64,000 bases of DNA, taken from Eledone cirrhosa. Taxonomy: Eukaryota. The notes under the pieces were generated by a model that worked only from the letters and a program-made list of their open reading frames with translations, searched no databases and was not told the DNA's origin. The DNA lies in contig OZ024741.1 of assembly GCA_964016885.1 (NCBI GenBank), forward strand, positions 27,962,001 through 28,026,000. The letters are read 5' to 3'. The position numbers were made by a program, and so were the translations under genes. Positions 15,347-31,037 of this stretch are shown here, piece after piece. Position 1 is the first letter of the stretch; the number at the start of each line of letters is the position of its first letter.

Positions 15347-18300
15347 AACGAGTAGGACCCCTATTGAGTACTTTGGTGCATTATGGTCCATCTGGTTCCT
15401 TACCACATTTCCTTTGTTATATATATATATATATATTTAGGGATTGTAATGTCCAGTTACTGTAGATTCATCAGAGTGAGCACTTGATACATAGTTTCCA
15501 GTATGTTTATTGGTGTTGTACTAAGCAGAGTGTAATGCTAATAATTATAAAAAAGATGAAGTGTTAGATCTTCATTACCATAGCAGAAGTCCGATGAGCT
15601 TTTGATTCCAGATCGATACAGATTGAACCTTGAGCTAATCAGTTGTGAAACATGCATCACACCTCTTTAAACATAATGAAGATCGAACACTTGGTCCTTT
15701 TTATTATCATCAGTATATATATTTATATATATATCATCATCATCATCATCATCATCATTTTATGTCCGCTTTTCCCTGTTTGCAAGGGTGGGATGGGTCT
15801 TATTCAGCACAGCATCTCTCCACTTGTCACGGTCCCTTGTCATCTCCACCGTGAGCTTCAGCGATCTGAGGTCTGTTTTCACCACCCCCGCCCATGTTTT
15901 TCGTGGTCTACCTCTACCATGTCTTCCTTCAACTGGCATTTCCTATATATATGTGTGTGTGTGTGTGTATGAGGTGCTTTTTGATGTTTGTTTTTTAATT
16001 TCATATCAAATATCTAGATTTTTAAATGGAATTTGTGTTTATCTTTTTCAGAAATTTGTCTCAAATGAGATTGGCCAATCACTTTGGTATCTTTACAAGC
16101 AAACAGCCATAGATTCCTTACAGATTACAGTCATATTGGTAAATATGGGGGAATTGTTTATGAAACTGAAGGGAAAGCAATATGCTTCATGTGTGAGAAG
16201 TGACATAAGTCATGTGAGCAAGACATGGGTGATGAACATGAAACAACAGAGAAGGCTGAGAAGAATGGTCCACTGGATGAGTGCAATCAGGGTTGGATTT
16301 AGACCATTGGGGACCCAGGGCACTTTAGGTTTTGGGGCCCCTCTTACACAAAAAATTATTATACACAGCAACCCCCCAATTTTACATATCAAAGCTAGCT
16401 TGGTGCAAGTAATTGGAATTGAAAAGTTATACAGGCATTAAATAAAAAAATTCTAACCTAAAACCAAAAAGCCCAGCCGAGAGCACAAATAAATTGCTAT
16501 GGTTGTCACTGATGGGGCTTTCCACTGCAGGGTGCCCAGGGCAATTGTCCCCTTTGCTTCCTATTAAATCTTGCCCTGAGAACACAAACAATGAATTATA
16601 TTCGATAATGGGAATAGAACCAGTGATGAATATTGTGAAGAGAAATAGAATGAGTTGGTTGATCCTTGTGTTGAGGTAGGATGAAAGTGGTTGTGTGAGA
16701 GGAGTCATGGGAACGAATGTGGAAGGAAGTAGTGAAAGGGGAAGACCAAGAAAGATATGGCTAAAGATAATGGAGGAAGAAATGAAAGTCAGAGGGTAGG
16801 TGATGGGGAATGCAGATGACAGGGCAAAGTGGAAGAGCTTGTTATGGAGCCCTGAAAGGCTAACGCTTATTTAAGCAACCTCGGGGTTTTGGGTTCAGTT
16901 CTGTTATACAGTCTTGGGCAAGTGTCTTTTCTTATTGCCACAGGTTGACCAAGTGGAATTTGGTTGATGGAAACTACAGAAGTCTGTTGTGTGCGTGTGT
17001 GTATGTGTGTGTGTATATTTGTGTGTTTGTGTGTGTTTATTTGTGTGTGTGTATTTATGTGTGTGCATGTGTATTTGTGTTAGTGTGTGTGTGTGTGGGT
17101 GTGTGTGTGTATGTATGAGTGAGTGTGTGTCAGTGTCAATTTTTACATTTGTGTCATCACATAGCAGTTTGATGAAATAATTGTTCAGATTGATATGGTC
17201 AACTAAATGAAGGCAGTACTCCAGCATGGCCAGAGTCTAGTGACTGAAACCAGTAAAATAATAAATGTATGTGGCTCCATTATGAGAAAGAATTTCTGTA
17301 ATTTAGAAAAAATAAAGTAAATACGCAAACACTCAGGCACACACCAAACAGAATACACACACACCAAACAGAATACACACACACACACACACCAAACAGA
17401 ATACACACACACACCAAACAGAATACACACACACACATATACCAAACAGAATGCACACACACACCAAACAATACACACACACACACACACACACCAAACA
17501 GAATACACACACACACACCAAACAGAATACACACACACACACACCAAACAATACAGACACACACACCAAACAGAATACACACAAACACACCAAACAGAAT
17601 ACACACACACACACACACACCAAACAATACACACACACATCAAACAGAATACACACACACACATAAGCACACACCAAACAGAATACACACACACACACCA
17701 AACAGAATACACACACCAAACAGAATACACACACACACACCAAAAGAATACACACACACACACCAAACAGAATACACACACAAGCACACACCAAACAGAA
17801 TACACACACACACAGAACAGAATACACACACACACACCAAACAGAACACACACACACGCACACACACCAAACAATAGACACACACACACACACACACACA
17901 TGTGCAAACAGAGACAAAAAAACAAAAACAATAGAAACACAACTGGAGGAAATACACCGATAATCATGGAAGATGTCACAGAAATGTGTGACGAAAGAAC
18001 TTTAATAAATTATATTTATATTTATATTTTGAACTGTTGGGCAATCAATGATAAACAATGATTGCTATCTAAATTATTTATAAAAATATAAAAATATACT
18101 GAAGTGAAAACCAAACAGTGAGTGTGTTTTATTATTATTTTTATGAAGGGCGGTGGATTGGCAGTATCGGTGGAGGGTCGGACGCCATGCTTTCCAGCAT
18201 AGTTTCGTCCCTTTACGATCTGAGTTCATAAAAATAATAATTGTTTCTACTTTAGGCACAAGGCCAGCAATTAAATCCCGCCGAGGTTAACTTTGCCTTT

Positions 18301-21300
18301 CATCCTTACGGAGTCGATAAAATAAAGTACCAGTAATGCACTGGGTAATTGCTGGCCTTGTGCCTAAAGTAGAAACAATTATTATTTTTATGAATATTAA
18401 GACATGACCCTCCCAAAATATAAAAATATATACAATTTCATAATTATGACATTTTTGAATTTTTTTTTCTGTATATTCTTCTTAATTTAGGCATTGTGTC
18501 GAATAACCAGATTATCTGTGAGTGTGTTCCAGAATGTTCTTGATTCTGTTGGTGTGGCCAGTATGGTGGATACCTTTTCAATTGGCATCAGTCGTATACA
18601 ACAGGCAACAATCACAATGTTTGGTGCACTCCTCAGTGCAGGTTATTGTGTTCCTCGTCTACTTCAAGATAAGGTATCTCTATACTCTTGGGTCTCGAAT
18701 AATTGTAAAGCCCACACTCCACTCCTACCCTTATTCCACCCCACTCCTACCCTTATTCCACCCCACTCCTACCCTTATTCCACCCCAGCCCTCACTCTAA
18801 ACCCCCCCTCCCACCTAATAAATTTTGCTAATTTATCTCCGACGAAATTTTATTCTAAGTGGTAACATTCCTGCAACAATTAATTTTCTTTCATCATCAT
18901 CATCATTTCATTTTTCGTCCGCTTTTTCCCTGCTTGCAAGGGTGGGACGGGAACTGATTCTGGCTTGATTTCTATGCTGGATGCCCTTCCTAACACCAAC
19001 CTCATTTCCAGTGAGTGCTGGGTGCTTTTTGCCGTGGCACCTCCACGACCACTTGGCAGTGGAATGATAGGGACCCCAGTCCCTATCATCTCATTTCTAC
19101 AGCTGAGTAAACTGGAGCAATGTGAAATAAAGTGTCTTGCTCAAGGAAACAACACATCACCCGGTCTGAGAATTGAACTCACAACCTTTTGATTGCAAGG
19201 CCAATGCTCTAACCACGTGCCTCCACCTTCTTTATACATTAAAAAACATTATACATAAAAAAGTACATCACTAGAAATCTCATAGATTATATAATAAATA
19301 GGATGGGTTGGGGGTCTCAATATGTAAACTAAGCAACTAATTCTGGTTTTTAAAAAAATAAACAGACAACCTAGAAATATTACTCCCCCCACTCTCCCCC
19401 CTATTATTAGTGACCTAAGAGGACATTTTATACTATATTTGCTCTCTTTTTACTCTCCTTTACTCCCCATATTGACGTTGGCTCAATGAATTCTTTCCAT
19501 CCAGATTTTAAGGGATTTTTCAGGTGGTCACAAGGCAAAGTCATTAAGTCATCATATTAAATGACTAGCTATTCCAGCTTGCTGCACTCTGAGTTCAAAT
19601 CTTGCTGAGGTCAACTTTTCCTTTCATCCTTTCAGTGTTGATAAATAAAGTACCAGCCCACTGATGGAATTATTAATAAGCCAGTACCTGATCCGGCTCT
19701 GTATACAAACCTTGTCCCATTCTGCCAAGTGTTACAACTGACAGGCAGGATCAGCAATGGAAAAACCAATGAAAACATTGTTTCCTTGGTCCAATATGAC
19801 AATTGGCTCCTTTTCGTATTTTCATTGGTTTTGATGATGAGTGTTCTATCATTATCATTATCATCACCATATAATGTCCATTTTTCCACACTAGCATGGG
19901 CTAGACGAATTGTCCCACTGTGAGTCAAGTCAGATTAGTGATCATGTCTTGCTCATATAGAACTGTTTTTGGTTTGGTTTCTACAGTTGGATATATATGT
20001 ATATATATACATAGAGCTGAGTTGTGTGTTAAGGATGGATAAAAGTGACTGGGTGAGAAGAGGGATAGAAATGAATGTGGAAGGAAGTAGAGAAAAGGGA
20101 AGACCTAGCAAGACATGGCTAAAGATAATGGAGGAGAAAATGAAAGCCAAAGTTTTAGTGAGGGGTGATATAGTGGATAAGGCAAAACATAAAAGCTTAC
20201 CATGGGCCCCTGCAAGGCTAAGCCTTACTTTAGCAAGGAAAAATGGCCATAAAACGTTTGTTATGAATTTTTCGTTTTATTTTCGGAAGAAAATGTTTGT
20301 AATTTTATAACTTTTTTTTTCCAGTTATTTTTGAATCAAGTGATTCACTTACTTGATCATCCATCTGACATCATCAGAGCTAAAGCATTCTTTGTTATTC
20401 ACCTCCTGATCAAACACAGTCCCAACATCTTGTTAACTTGTTGTAAATCAAAGTAAGATTTCTTCTTTATTCTGCATCATCATTGAATTGAGTTTACTCA
20501 GATTTCAGTAGATGAAGTCACAGCAGAACACACTTCTAATTTGACAGCTGATGTCGAACACATTTCTAGTTTGACAACTGATGTAGAACATAGTTCTAGT
20601 TTGACAGCTGATGTCGAACACATTTCTAGGTTGACAGCTAATGTAGAACACACTTCTAGTTTGACAACTGATGTAGAACAACTTCTAGTTTGACAACTGA
20701 TGTAGAACACACTTCTAATTTGACAGCTGATGTCGAACACATTTCTAGGTTGACTGCTGATGTAGAACATAGTTCTAGTTTGACAGCTCATGTAGAACAC
20801 ACTTCTAGTTTGACAGCTAATGTAGAACACACTTCTAGTTTGACAACTGATGTAGAACACACTTCTAGTTTGACAACTGATGTAGAACACACTTCTAGGT
20901 TGACAACTGATGTATAGAACACACTTCTAGTTTGACAGCTGATGTAGAACACACTTCTAGTTTGACAGCTGATGTATAGAACACACTTCTAGGTTGACAG
21001 CTGATGTAGAACACACTTCTAGTTTGACAGCTGATGTAGAACACACTTCTAGTTTGACAACTGATGTAGAACACACTTCTAGTTTGACAACTGATGTAGA
21101 ACACACTTCTAGGTTGACAACTGATGTATAGAACACACTTCTAGTTTGACAGCTGATGTAGAACACACTTCTAGTTTGACAGCTGATGTATAGAACACAC
21201 TTCTAGGTTGACGGCTGATGTAGAACACACTTCTAGTTTGACAGCTGATGTAGAACACACTTCTAGTTTGACAACTGATGTAGAACACACTTCTAGTTTG

Positions 21301-24300
21301 ACAGCTGATGTAGAACACACTTCTAGGTTGACAGCTGATGTAGAACACACTTCTAGTTTGACAGCTGATGTAGAACACACTTCTAGTTTGACAGCTGATG
21401 TAGAACACACTTCTAGTTTGACAGCTGATGTATAGAACACACTTCTAGTTTGACAACTGATGTAGAACACACTTCTAGGTTGACAACTGATGTAGAACAC
21501 ACTTCTAGTTTGACAAGTGATGTAGAACAGTTCTAGTTGGACAACTGATGTAGAACACACTTCTAGTTTGACAACTGATGTAGAACACACTTCTAGGTTG
21601 ACAGCTGATGTAGAACACACTTCTAGTTTGACAGCTGATGTAGAACACACTTCTAGTTTGACAGCTGAAGTAGAACACACTTCTAGTTTGACAGCTGATG
21701 TAGAACACACTTCTAGTTTGACAGCTGATGTAGAACACACTTCTAGTTTGACAACTGATGTAGAACACACTTCTAGGTTGACAGCTGATGTAGAACACAC
21801 TTCTAGTTTGACAGCTGATGTAGAACACACTTCTAGTTTGACAGCTGATGTTACACTTCTAGTTTGACAGCGGATGTAGAACCCACTTCTAGTTTGACAA
21901 CCGATGTAGAACACATTTCTAGTTTGACAGCTGATGTAGAACACACTTTTAGTTTGACAGCTGATGTAGAACACACTTCTAGTTTGACAGCTGATGTAGA
22001 ACACACTTCTAGTTTGACAGCTGATGTAGAACACACTTCTAGTTTGACAGCTGATGTAGAACACACTTCTAGTTTGACAAGTGATGTAGAACAGTTCTAG
22101 TTGGACAACTGATGTAGAACACACTTCTAGTTTGACAGCTGATGTAGAACACACTTCTAGGTTGACAGCTCATGTAGAACACACTTCTAGGTTGACAGCT
22201 GATGTAGAACACACTTCTAGGTTGACAACTGATGTAGAACACACTTCTAGTTTGACAACTGATGTAGAACACACTTCTAGGTTGACAGCTAATGTAGAAC
22301 ACACTTCTAGTTTGACAACTGATGTAGAACACACTTCTAGGTTGACAGCTCATGTAGAACACACTTCTAGGTTGACAGCTGATGTAGAACACACTTCTAG
22401 TTTGACAACTGATGTAGAACACACTTCTAGGTTGACAGCTGATGTAGAACACACTTCTAGTTTGACAACTGATGTAGAACACACTTCTAGTTTGACAACT
22501 GATGTAGAACACACTTCTAGGTTGACAGCTGATGTAGAACACACTTCTAGTTTGACAGCTGATGTAGAACACACTTCTAGTTTGACAGCTGATGTTACAC
22601 TTCTAGTTTGACAGCGGATGTAGAACACACTTCTAGTTTGACAGCTGATGTAGAACACACTTCTAGTTTGACAGCTGATGTAGAACACACTTCTAGTTTG
22701 ACAACTGATGTAGAACACACTTCTAGTTTGACAGCTGATGTAGAACACACTTCTAGTTTGACAGCTGATGTAGAACACACTTCTAGTTTGACAGCTGAAG
22801 TAGAACACACTTCTAGTTTGACAGCTGATGTTACACTTCTAGTTTGACAGCTGATGTAGAACACACTTCTAGTTTGACAGCTGATGTAGAACACACTTCT
22901 AGTTTGACAACTGATGTAGAACACACTTCTAGTTTGACAGCTGATGTAGAACACACTTCTAGTTTGACAGCTGATGTAGAACACACTTCTAGTTTGACAG
23001 CTGAAGTAGAACACACTTCTAGTTTGACAGCTGATGTTACACTTCTAGTTTGACAGCTGATGTAGAACACACTTCTAGTTTGACAGCTGATGTAGAACAC
23101 ACTTCTAGTTTGACAACTGATGTAGAACACACTTCTAGTTTGACAGCTGATGTAGAACACACTTCTAGTTTGACAGCTGATGTAGAACACACTTCTAGTT
23201 TGACAACTGATGTAGAACACACTTCTAGTTTGACAACTGATGTAGAACACACTTCTTGTTTGACAGCTGATGTAGAACACACTTCTAGTTTGACAACTGA
23301 TGTAGAACACACTTCTAGTTTGACAGCTGATGTAGAACACACTTCTAGTTTGACAACTGATGATGTAGCAGGAATGACTTTATCTGCGCCTTTCAAAACT
23401 TAGTGTGTTGGTGTACTGCACAATGTAATTAGGTTCTGTGACCTGTATCTCCCTTCAATATCTGGCCTTGCACTGTTAGCATACCTTTCATCCATCATCT
23501 CCAGCAGCACCCTTATCAGTGAGGTTCTCTCCAAGACCTATGAACTCGGGTCTACTCTGGTTGTTTGGGTTGGTGATGGTCTCTCTGTCCACTGGTATAC
23601 ATGTTACCAACACTACTGTCATTAAATACAGTTCAAGCTGTATGTGAATTCAGTCTTCCATAGATCAACATCTGGGCTGCCTATGCTGTACCTCAGCTAA
23701 ACTGTGGCACATGACACAATTCAGTGTCCTCTTCATCAGCTTGTGCTCTTATTGATGAAGAGTGCACCTTCATCAGTGTGGCTTTGCACCTTGGCCTCCA
23801 TGTGTGTCAGCCACACAATCTATCTAACCCATGCAAGCATGGAAAAGAGATGTTAAATGGTGATGATGATGATGATGATAATGAAATAGCTTTGCATATA
23901 TTTTTGTCATTGACTTGTGTTCATATATATTGAATTGTTGTCAATATCTTCTTTTGTTTATTTTAGGTTAATGATCTATATAGAAAGAGACAATCACCAA
24001 GGAACTGTGGTAGATGGAAAGATTTGTCCCAGCTCTGACTATCTTACATCATGTATGACAAAACTCTACGACATCATAGTTGACTCAGTGCCCTGTATCA
24101 TAAGTATGTTGACTACTATTATTATTACCCCCCCCCCCCCTCATCATCATCATCATCATCATCATCCACCACCGCCTCTCAACTCTTTGTTTGGAATGTT
24201 TTCTATATTTTGTTATTACTTGTTTCCTTTATGTCTTACAGAGGAAATTCTAGATGCCCTTGATCCCATTAGCAAACGACAACACATATCAAATGCTCTT

Positions 24301-27300
24301 TTAATAAAGCAGCTCCGTTTAGCTTTACCTCAGGCTGATGTCATTCCAAACTTAATCTGCAGTAATGTAAGTCAAATTTACACCTAACATTCATTTCTCA
24401 GTCTTTTGCTTTTGCAAAATATCTTCATTTTTAAACACTTTCATCACCATATTTCTTATGAAAGATATTAATTATCTATGATTTTCAAATAATTTTCAAA
24501 ATATAGAATTTGGAGGGATTTAGTAATATAACTTTTTCATTATTAAGTTGATGTTTGGAGCATAACTTACCAAAAGCTCTTATATAAAATTATTATGGAA
24601 GGTTTTTAGATAAAAATAAACAACTTAGTAATGTAGAACCAGGGATGGTTTCAAGCAGTTTGGTATCAAAAGCCACTGTTGGTTATGTTTTTAGTGTTAT
24701 GGCTATGGCTCAAGAAATGAAGAGGGAATGAGGCTTCTGGAATTCTGTGAGGCAAATGGTTTAGCTATTTGCATCACTAACTTCAGGAAACTGCTCAGCC
24801 ACCCGATCATCTACCAGTCAGGTGGTCTCATGAGCCAGATTAACTTCATACTTGTTAGAAAATAAGATAGACAGAAGGTAGAAATATGAAGACCTTCCCT
24901 GGAGAAGAATGCACTGTCCAACATAGGTTAGTTATTAGTGACATCAGAATAAGCTCAATGCAGAAGAGGAAACAGGATAACCTAGAGGAGGAGAGTTTGG
25001 AGTCTAAAGGACTTTTCTGTTAAGTATAGGTTCAGGAAAGTTTTATGTGAGGCATATGATGAGAAGGAAGATGAGATAGACACATGATATAGAACTTCTT
25101 ACATGATAACCTACGACAGACTACTGAACAGATTTGTGACTGGAGAAAAGCATCAACTATACAGAGGGTGATCTGGTGCTGGAACAGCAGAGTAGTGTAT
25201 TTATCTTAACTTTCATGTAAGAATTTTTTAAAGTTATGTCTTGAACACCAACTTAATAATTAGATAGTTATATTACTAAATCCCTCTAAATTCTTGGTTA
25301 TTTTAACAATTGTCTTTCATTAGAAATATATTAATGAAATGGTTAAAACTTTCCAAGGTTTGTAGATTCAAAAATGTTACACTACCCTAAAGATTGTTTG
25401 CAATGATAACTGTAATTCTAGATTGAATATATGCTAGTTCTTTCAGAGATAAGTTGTGATAATTCTTCTAAGTTCTTTCTTGCAGATCTTTCGAAGTAGG
25501 ATTGTCAATGATAACTTCTGTCGTAATGTTGGGAATCTGTTAATACATGTGAAGGATATTGAAATATATGGAACCAATATTGATGCTGTCGTTGGTAAGA
25601 CAAATTGTTTTTTGTTTCCTTTTGTAATCAGTAGATTCTCCAATTAGTCCTTTTGTTATCAAATTTCTAATGAAAGACACTGCCTATGATTTTCTATTAA
25701 TTTTGAAAATAATCAAGAATTTGGAAGAATTTAGTAATATAACTAACTTTTTCATTATTAAGTTGGTGTTTGGAACATAACAAAAGTCCTCATATAAAAT
25801 TATGATGGAAGGTTTTTAAATAAATATAAATGTCAATGTGCGTGAACGACCAAGCATAGATGAGTTGAGAGAGAAACTGTGTATAAGAGGAATAAGTTGT
25901 GGTGTGCAGGAGAGAAGACTGAGATGGTATGGACATGTGATGCGCATGGAGGATGACCGCTGGGTAAAGAAGTGCCAAGAAATCCCAGTAGAAGGAAGAT
26001 GCAGTAGAGGAAGACCATGAAAAACATGGGCAGAGATGGTGAGAGCAGACCTCAGATCGTTGAAGCTCACGGAGGAGATCACGAAGGACCGTGACAAGTG
26101 GAGAGATGCTGTGCTGAATAGGACCCATCCCACCCTTGCAAGCAGGGAAAAGCGGACGTAAAATGATGATGATGAAGATCTGAAGGCAGTATCTGGTTTA
26201 GAATAGGTACACTATATCCCTGAGTGTTTATAGGTTGGTATCAAGAAGGGTATCTGGCTGTAAAACATTGCCTAAGAAAGTCCTGTCCACCATATACCAG
26301 CATGGAAAAGTTAATATAAGAATGATGATGATAAAAAGTTTAAAGCTTTCATTACCATATTTCTAATGAAAGATACTGTCTATGATTTTGTATTAATTTT
26401 GAAAATAATCAAGAATTTTCTCATTTTTAAATTAGTGTTTGGAACATAACTTAACAAAATTATGATGGAAGAATTAAATCTAAATATGAACACTTAAAAA
26501 TAAACAGCTTTGTATCATAAAACCATCAGTGGTTTGTTATCAAAAGGGCTGTCAGTCTTCTTAAGACTAAAATAATTGTTTCTACTTTCGGCACAAGGCC
26601 AGCAATTACCCAGTGCATTACTGGTACTTTATTTTATTGACCCCATAAGGATGTAAGGCAAAGTTAACATTGGTGGAATTTGAACCCAGAACGTAAAGGG
26701 CCATAACTCTATGCTGCAAAGCATGGTGTCTGATGCTCTACCAATACTGCCAATCTTAAGACTAAAATAATGTTTAACATATATATATGTATATCATCAT
26801 CATCATCATTATTTACTGTCCATTTTTCCATGCTGGCAAGGGTTGGGCATATACATGTATTGGAATACAGTAATATTGGAATACTGTAATACTGGAATAC
26901 TGTAATATTGGAATACTGTAATATTGGAATATTGTATTATTAGAATACTGTAATATTGGAATACTGGAATACTGTAATATTGGAATATTGGAATACTGTA
27001 ATATTGTAATATTGGAATATTAAAATACTGTAATATTGTAATATTGGAATATTAAAATACTGTAATATTGGAATACTGGAATACTGTAATATTGTAATAT
27101 TGGAATACTGGAATATTGAAATACTGTAATATTGGAATACTGGAATATTGGAATATTGGAATATTGGAATTCTGGAATATTGGAATATTAAAATACTATA
27201 ATACTGGAATATCGGAATATTGTAATATTGGAATACTGGAATATTGGAATACTGTAATTTTGGAATACTGTAATATTGGAATCTTAGAATATTAGTTTGG

Positions 27301-28996
27301 TAGTTTATAAATAAGTTGTTTTGTTTATCTTTCTGGCAGGACCTGGAAGCACCTCAGATTTTGTCAACCAAATTGTGTCTGTTATTTATACCATAACCCA
27401 GCACCCAACTCTTCTGCAGCAACATTATGATGTTATCACTGGAATTTGGTTACGAACTCTTGTACAGCTTACCGCATGTCAAAATAGTACATTATAATGT
27501 GTTTTCTTCTTTTGTGTGAGAGAAAGACAAAGTGTATAAAAAGCTAAATTTTTCTGGAGTCAAAGTAGAAAAATCCATATTTCTTGTAGGATTTGTTATT
27601 GAAAACAAATTTGAGAGTTAGTTTCATCCTGTTAGTTCTTCAGAGCATATTGTTAACATTTTTATTATGGGTAATAAACCACCTCACTGAAAAGCTGGAC
27701 AGAAGTGGTGTGAGCTGATCTGAAAATGTGGGGCCTCAAAGCAAATGGCAATGGACTTTAAAATAGGTGCTTTTGTTTCATAGAACCTCAGCTGGTTTTA
27801 GCTGGGCTTGTATCAAAAGGTGTCAGAAAGATTTTAAATGACTCACACTAAAATTAAAGGGTTGTATTCTGCTGTGGTTCCAGTGTTTATTATAATGTAA
27901 CACCTTTCTTCTTTTTCTTTACCCACTTATTTCTGAGAGGGTCGTGGGGGCAGAGTCCTCAAACACTCCTTCCAGTGTGTCTTGTCAGAAGCAACCGTCT
28001 CCAACTAATCCGGCTGGATCCCCAAGCGGGACCAGCCGGTTTAGTTAGATAACATCTTGAATGTTATCCAACCATCTTGCTCGGGGTATACCCCTGGGTC
28101 TCCTGCCAGTTGGTTTTGCTCATAAAATCTGCTCAGCGATTCTTTCCTGAAACATTCTAACTACATCCCTATAGTATTGGAGCTGCGATCACTCAATTCA
28201 GAAAAGAAGTGGCTCTACCTGGAGTGACTCTCTGATCTCCGAGCTATGCATTAATGTAACATAATGATTGAAATAAAAGTTATAGAAATGGTATAGATCA
28301 AACAATTGCTGGTCTGGTTTTCACAAAGTTTGTACATACAAACATATTGGGATGGTCCTACACAGACATAGTAAAATCACTTAACTTTTGACTCTACAAA
28401 ATACTTCAGCAATGCTGGTATAGTCATGCCTCTGTCTCTCTCACTCTCTCCATCTCTCACTATTATAAGAGGCCCATGGGCTGGCTGCCCTGTGGCCCCG
28501 GCATTTCCCCTGGAGTATGATGAGGGAGACACGTTGGAAGAGCCATTCCAGTTATGACCCAACTACAGAACAAACCTAATCCAAGCTTAACCAGATGTTT
28601 GATGTTAAAATATCTACAGTATGACATTTACCATCTCTTCTTAGAGAAGAATTAAATATAAATTCTCTTTATTCTCTCGCCCTCTTTTTTACTGTTTATC
28701 TCTGTCTCTCTCTGTCTGTCAATCTGTCACTGTCTGTCAGTCTGTCTCTCTCTCTGTCTGTCTGTCAGTCTGTCCCTCTCTGTCTGTCTGTCAGTCTGTC
28801 CCTCTCTGTCTGTCTCTCTCTGTCTGTCAGTCAGTCTGTCCCTCTCTGTCTGTCTCTCTCTGTCTGTCAGTCTGTCTCTCTCTCTGTCAGTCTGTCTCTA
28901 TCTGTCTGTCTGTCTCTCTCTCTCTCTATCTGTCTGTCAGTCTCTCTTTCTCTCTGTGTCTGTCAGTCTGTCTCTCTCTCTGTCAGTGTGTCCCCC

Positions 28997-29030
<34 letters not shown>

Positions 29031-29186
29031 CCTCTGTCTGTCTCTCTCTCTCTCTCTGTCTGTCTGTCAGTCTGTCAGTCTGTCTCTCTCAGACTGTCTC
29101 TTTATGTCTCTCTCTCTGTCTGTCAGTCTGTCTCTCTGTCCCTCTCTCTCTGTCTCTCCCTGTCTGTCAGTCTGTCTCTCTGTCTC

Positions 29187-29227
<41 letters not shown>

Positions 29228-30960
29228 CAGTCAGTCAGTCTCTTTCTCTGTCAGTCTTCTGTATGTTTCTCTCTGTCTCTCTTTGTCTCTCTGTCTGCCT
29301 GTCTGTCTTTGTCTTACACTCTGTTTCATTCTCTCTCTCTCTCTCTCATTGTCTGTCTATCTCACACCCTCAACACTACACCACTATTGTTATTTCTCTT
29401 CTAGCTCCAACCAGAGAGTCCTGTCTTTGTCTTGTGTCTGTGTTGGCCTCATTTTACCTTGGACAAGACCAGAACAGCCGTGGAGATGGGCAACTGACCA
29501 AGAAATTACAGAGCTTGGTTGATGACTACCTTCTCCCGGAGTATGTACAAGTGGAAGATTCCAATAGTTCTAGATAAAAAGCACCCAGCCCACACTGTAG
29601 AGGGGTTGTGTAGGTGTCATGATAAAAAGCATCCAGCCCACATTGTAAATGTAGTTGGTGTTAGAAAGGCATCCAGCCATAAAAACCTAGCCAGAAACAG
29701 TTCTATCTTGCCTCAAATGGGACAACCCGTCTAACCCATGCTAGCATGCAAAATAGACGTTAAACGATTATGATGATGATGATGATGATTATATATAGAC
29801 AACATATTTCTTATGTCAGTCATATTGCTACAATAAGTTCACTTTCCAATCCCAAGGTGTTGGGTTCTAATCCTACATTTATCCCTGTAATATTTCTCCA
29901 AAGTTACTCATATTTAATCCTGTATGTTATTTGTATATACATACTCAACATCTATGTAATTATATTCTAGAAAATATTATTAAAATATCATTTTTATCTT
30001 TAATCACTTCCACGGATCATTAATCAACATAAACTCTAGGGTTTCTCTTATGTAAACCATAAATTTAGCAAAATGTAAATTTCCCAGTTTGTATGATTAT
30101 CCATATATCCAGTAATCCTGTTATGTATGAAATATAGGTATACCAATCCTGGAATTAAGAAAATGAAATATGGGCATATTTTTGGCTTGGTTTTCTACAA
30201 CTTGATGCCCTTCATAATGCCAACTGCCTTACAGCATAGACTGGGAGCTATTTTTTGTAGCACCAACACTGCCACTTTACAGGGTGTACTGGGTGTATTT
30301 TCTCATGACACCAACACTGTCACTTTACAGGGTGTACTGGGTGTTTTTCTCATGACACCAACACTGCCACTTTACAGAGTGTACTGGGTGTTTTTCTCAT
30401 GACACCAACACTGCCACCTTACAGGGTGTACTGGGTGTATTTCTCATGACACCAACACTGCCACTTTACAGGGTGTACTGGGTGTTTTTCTCATGACACC
30501 AACACTGCCACTTTACAGGGTGTACTGGGTACTTTTCTCATGACACCAACACTGCCACCTTACAGGTTGATCTGGGTGCTTTTTAGTTGTGGCACCAGCA
30601 TTGCCACCAAATAGGACCACCGAGTAACACAGTTCCACTATGAGTAAGGCTTGGTGCGGCCAACTGGCCAGATCTCCCTCATAATGGGACCAACCAGCTT
30701 CCAAACTATGGTTCCGATGTGAGCAGGCTATGGCATGGCCAACAGGTTAGGCCCTCCTCATAATGGTGCTATCCAGTTCCACACTGTAAATAGGGTTTGT
30801 GTTAAGAAGGGCATCCAGCTGTAAAAACTCAGCCAAAATACCATTCCATCTGAGTAAGGTATGGTTCAGCCAGCTGGCCAGACTTGTCTCATGACATGGG
30901 CAATCCATCTAACCCATGCAAGCATGTAAAGATAAACCTTAAACGGTGATGATGATGATG

Positions 30961-31037
<77 letters not shown>

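Noticed and set aside
16904-17979. Cys/Val- or His/Thr-rich ORFs
   Set aside because: Translations of (GT)n/(CA)n repeats; the same applies to YI-rich ORFs over (TA)n and SL-rich ORFs over (TC)n.
20520-23365. 30-bp palindromic repeats as a CRISPR array
   Set aside because: No unique spacers, no cas genes, and a eukaryotic intron context.
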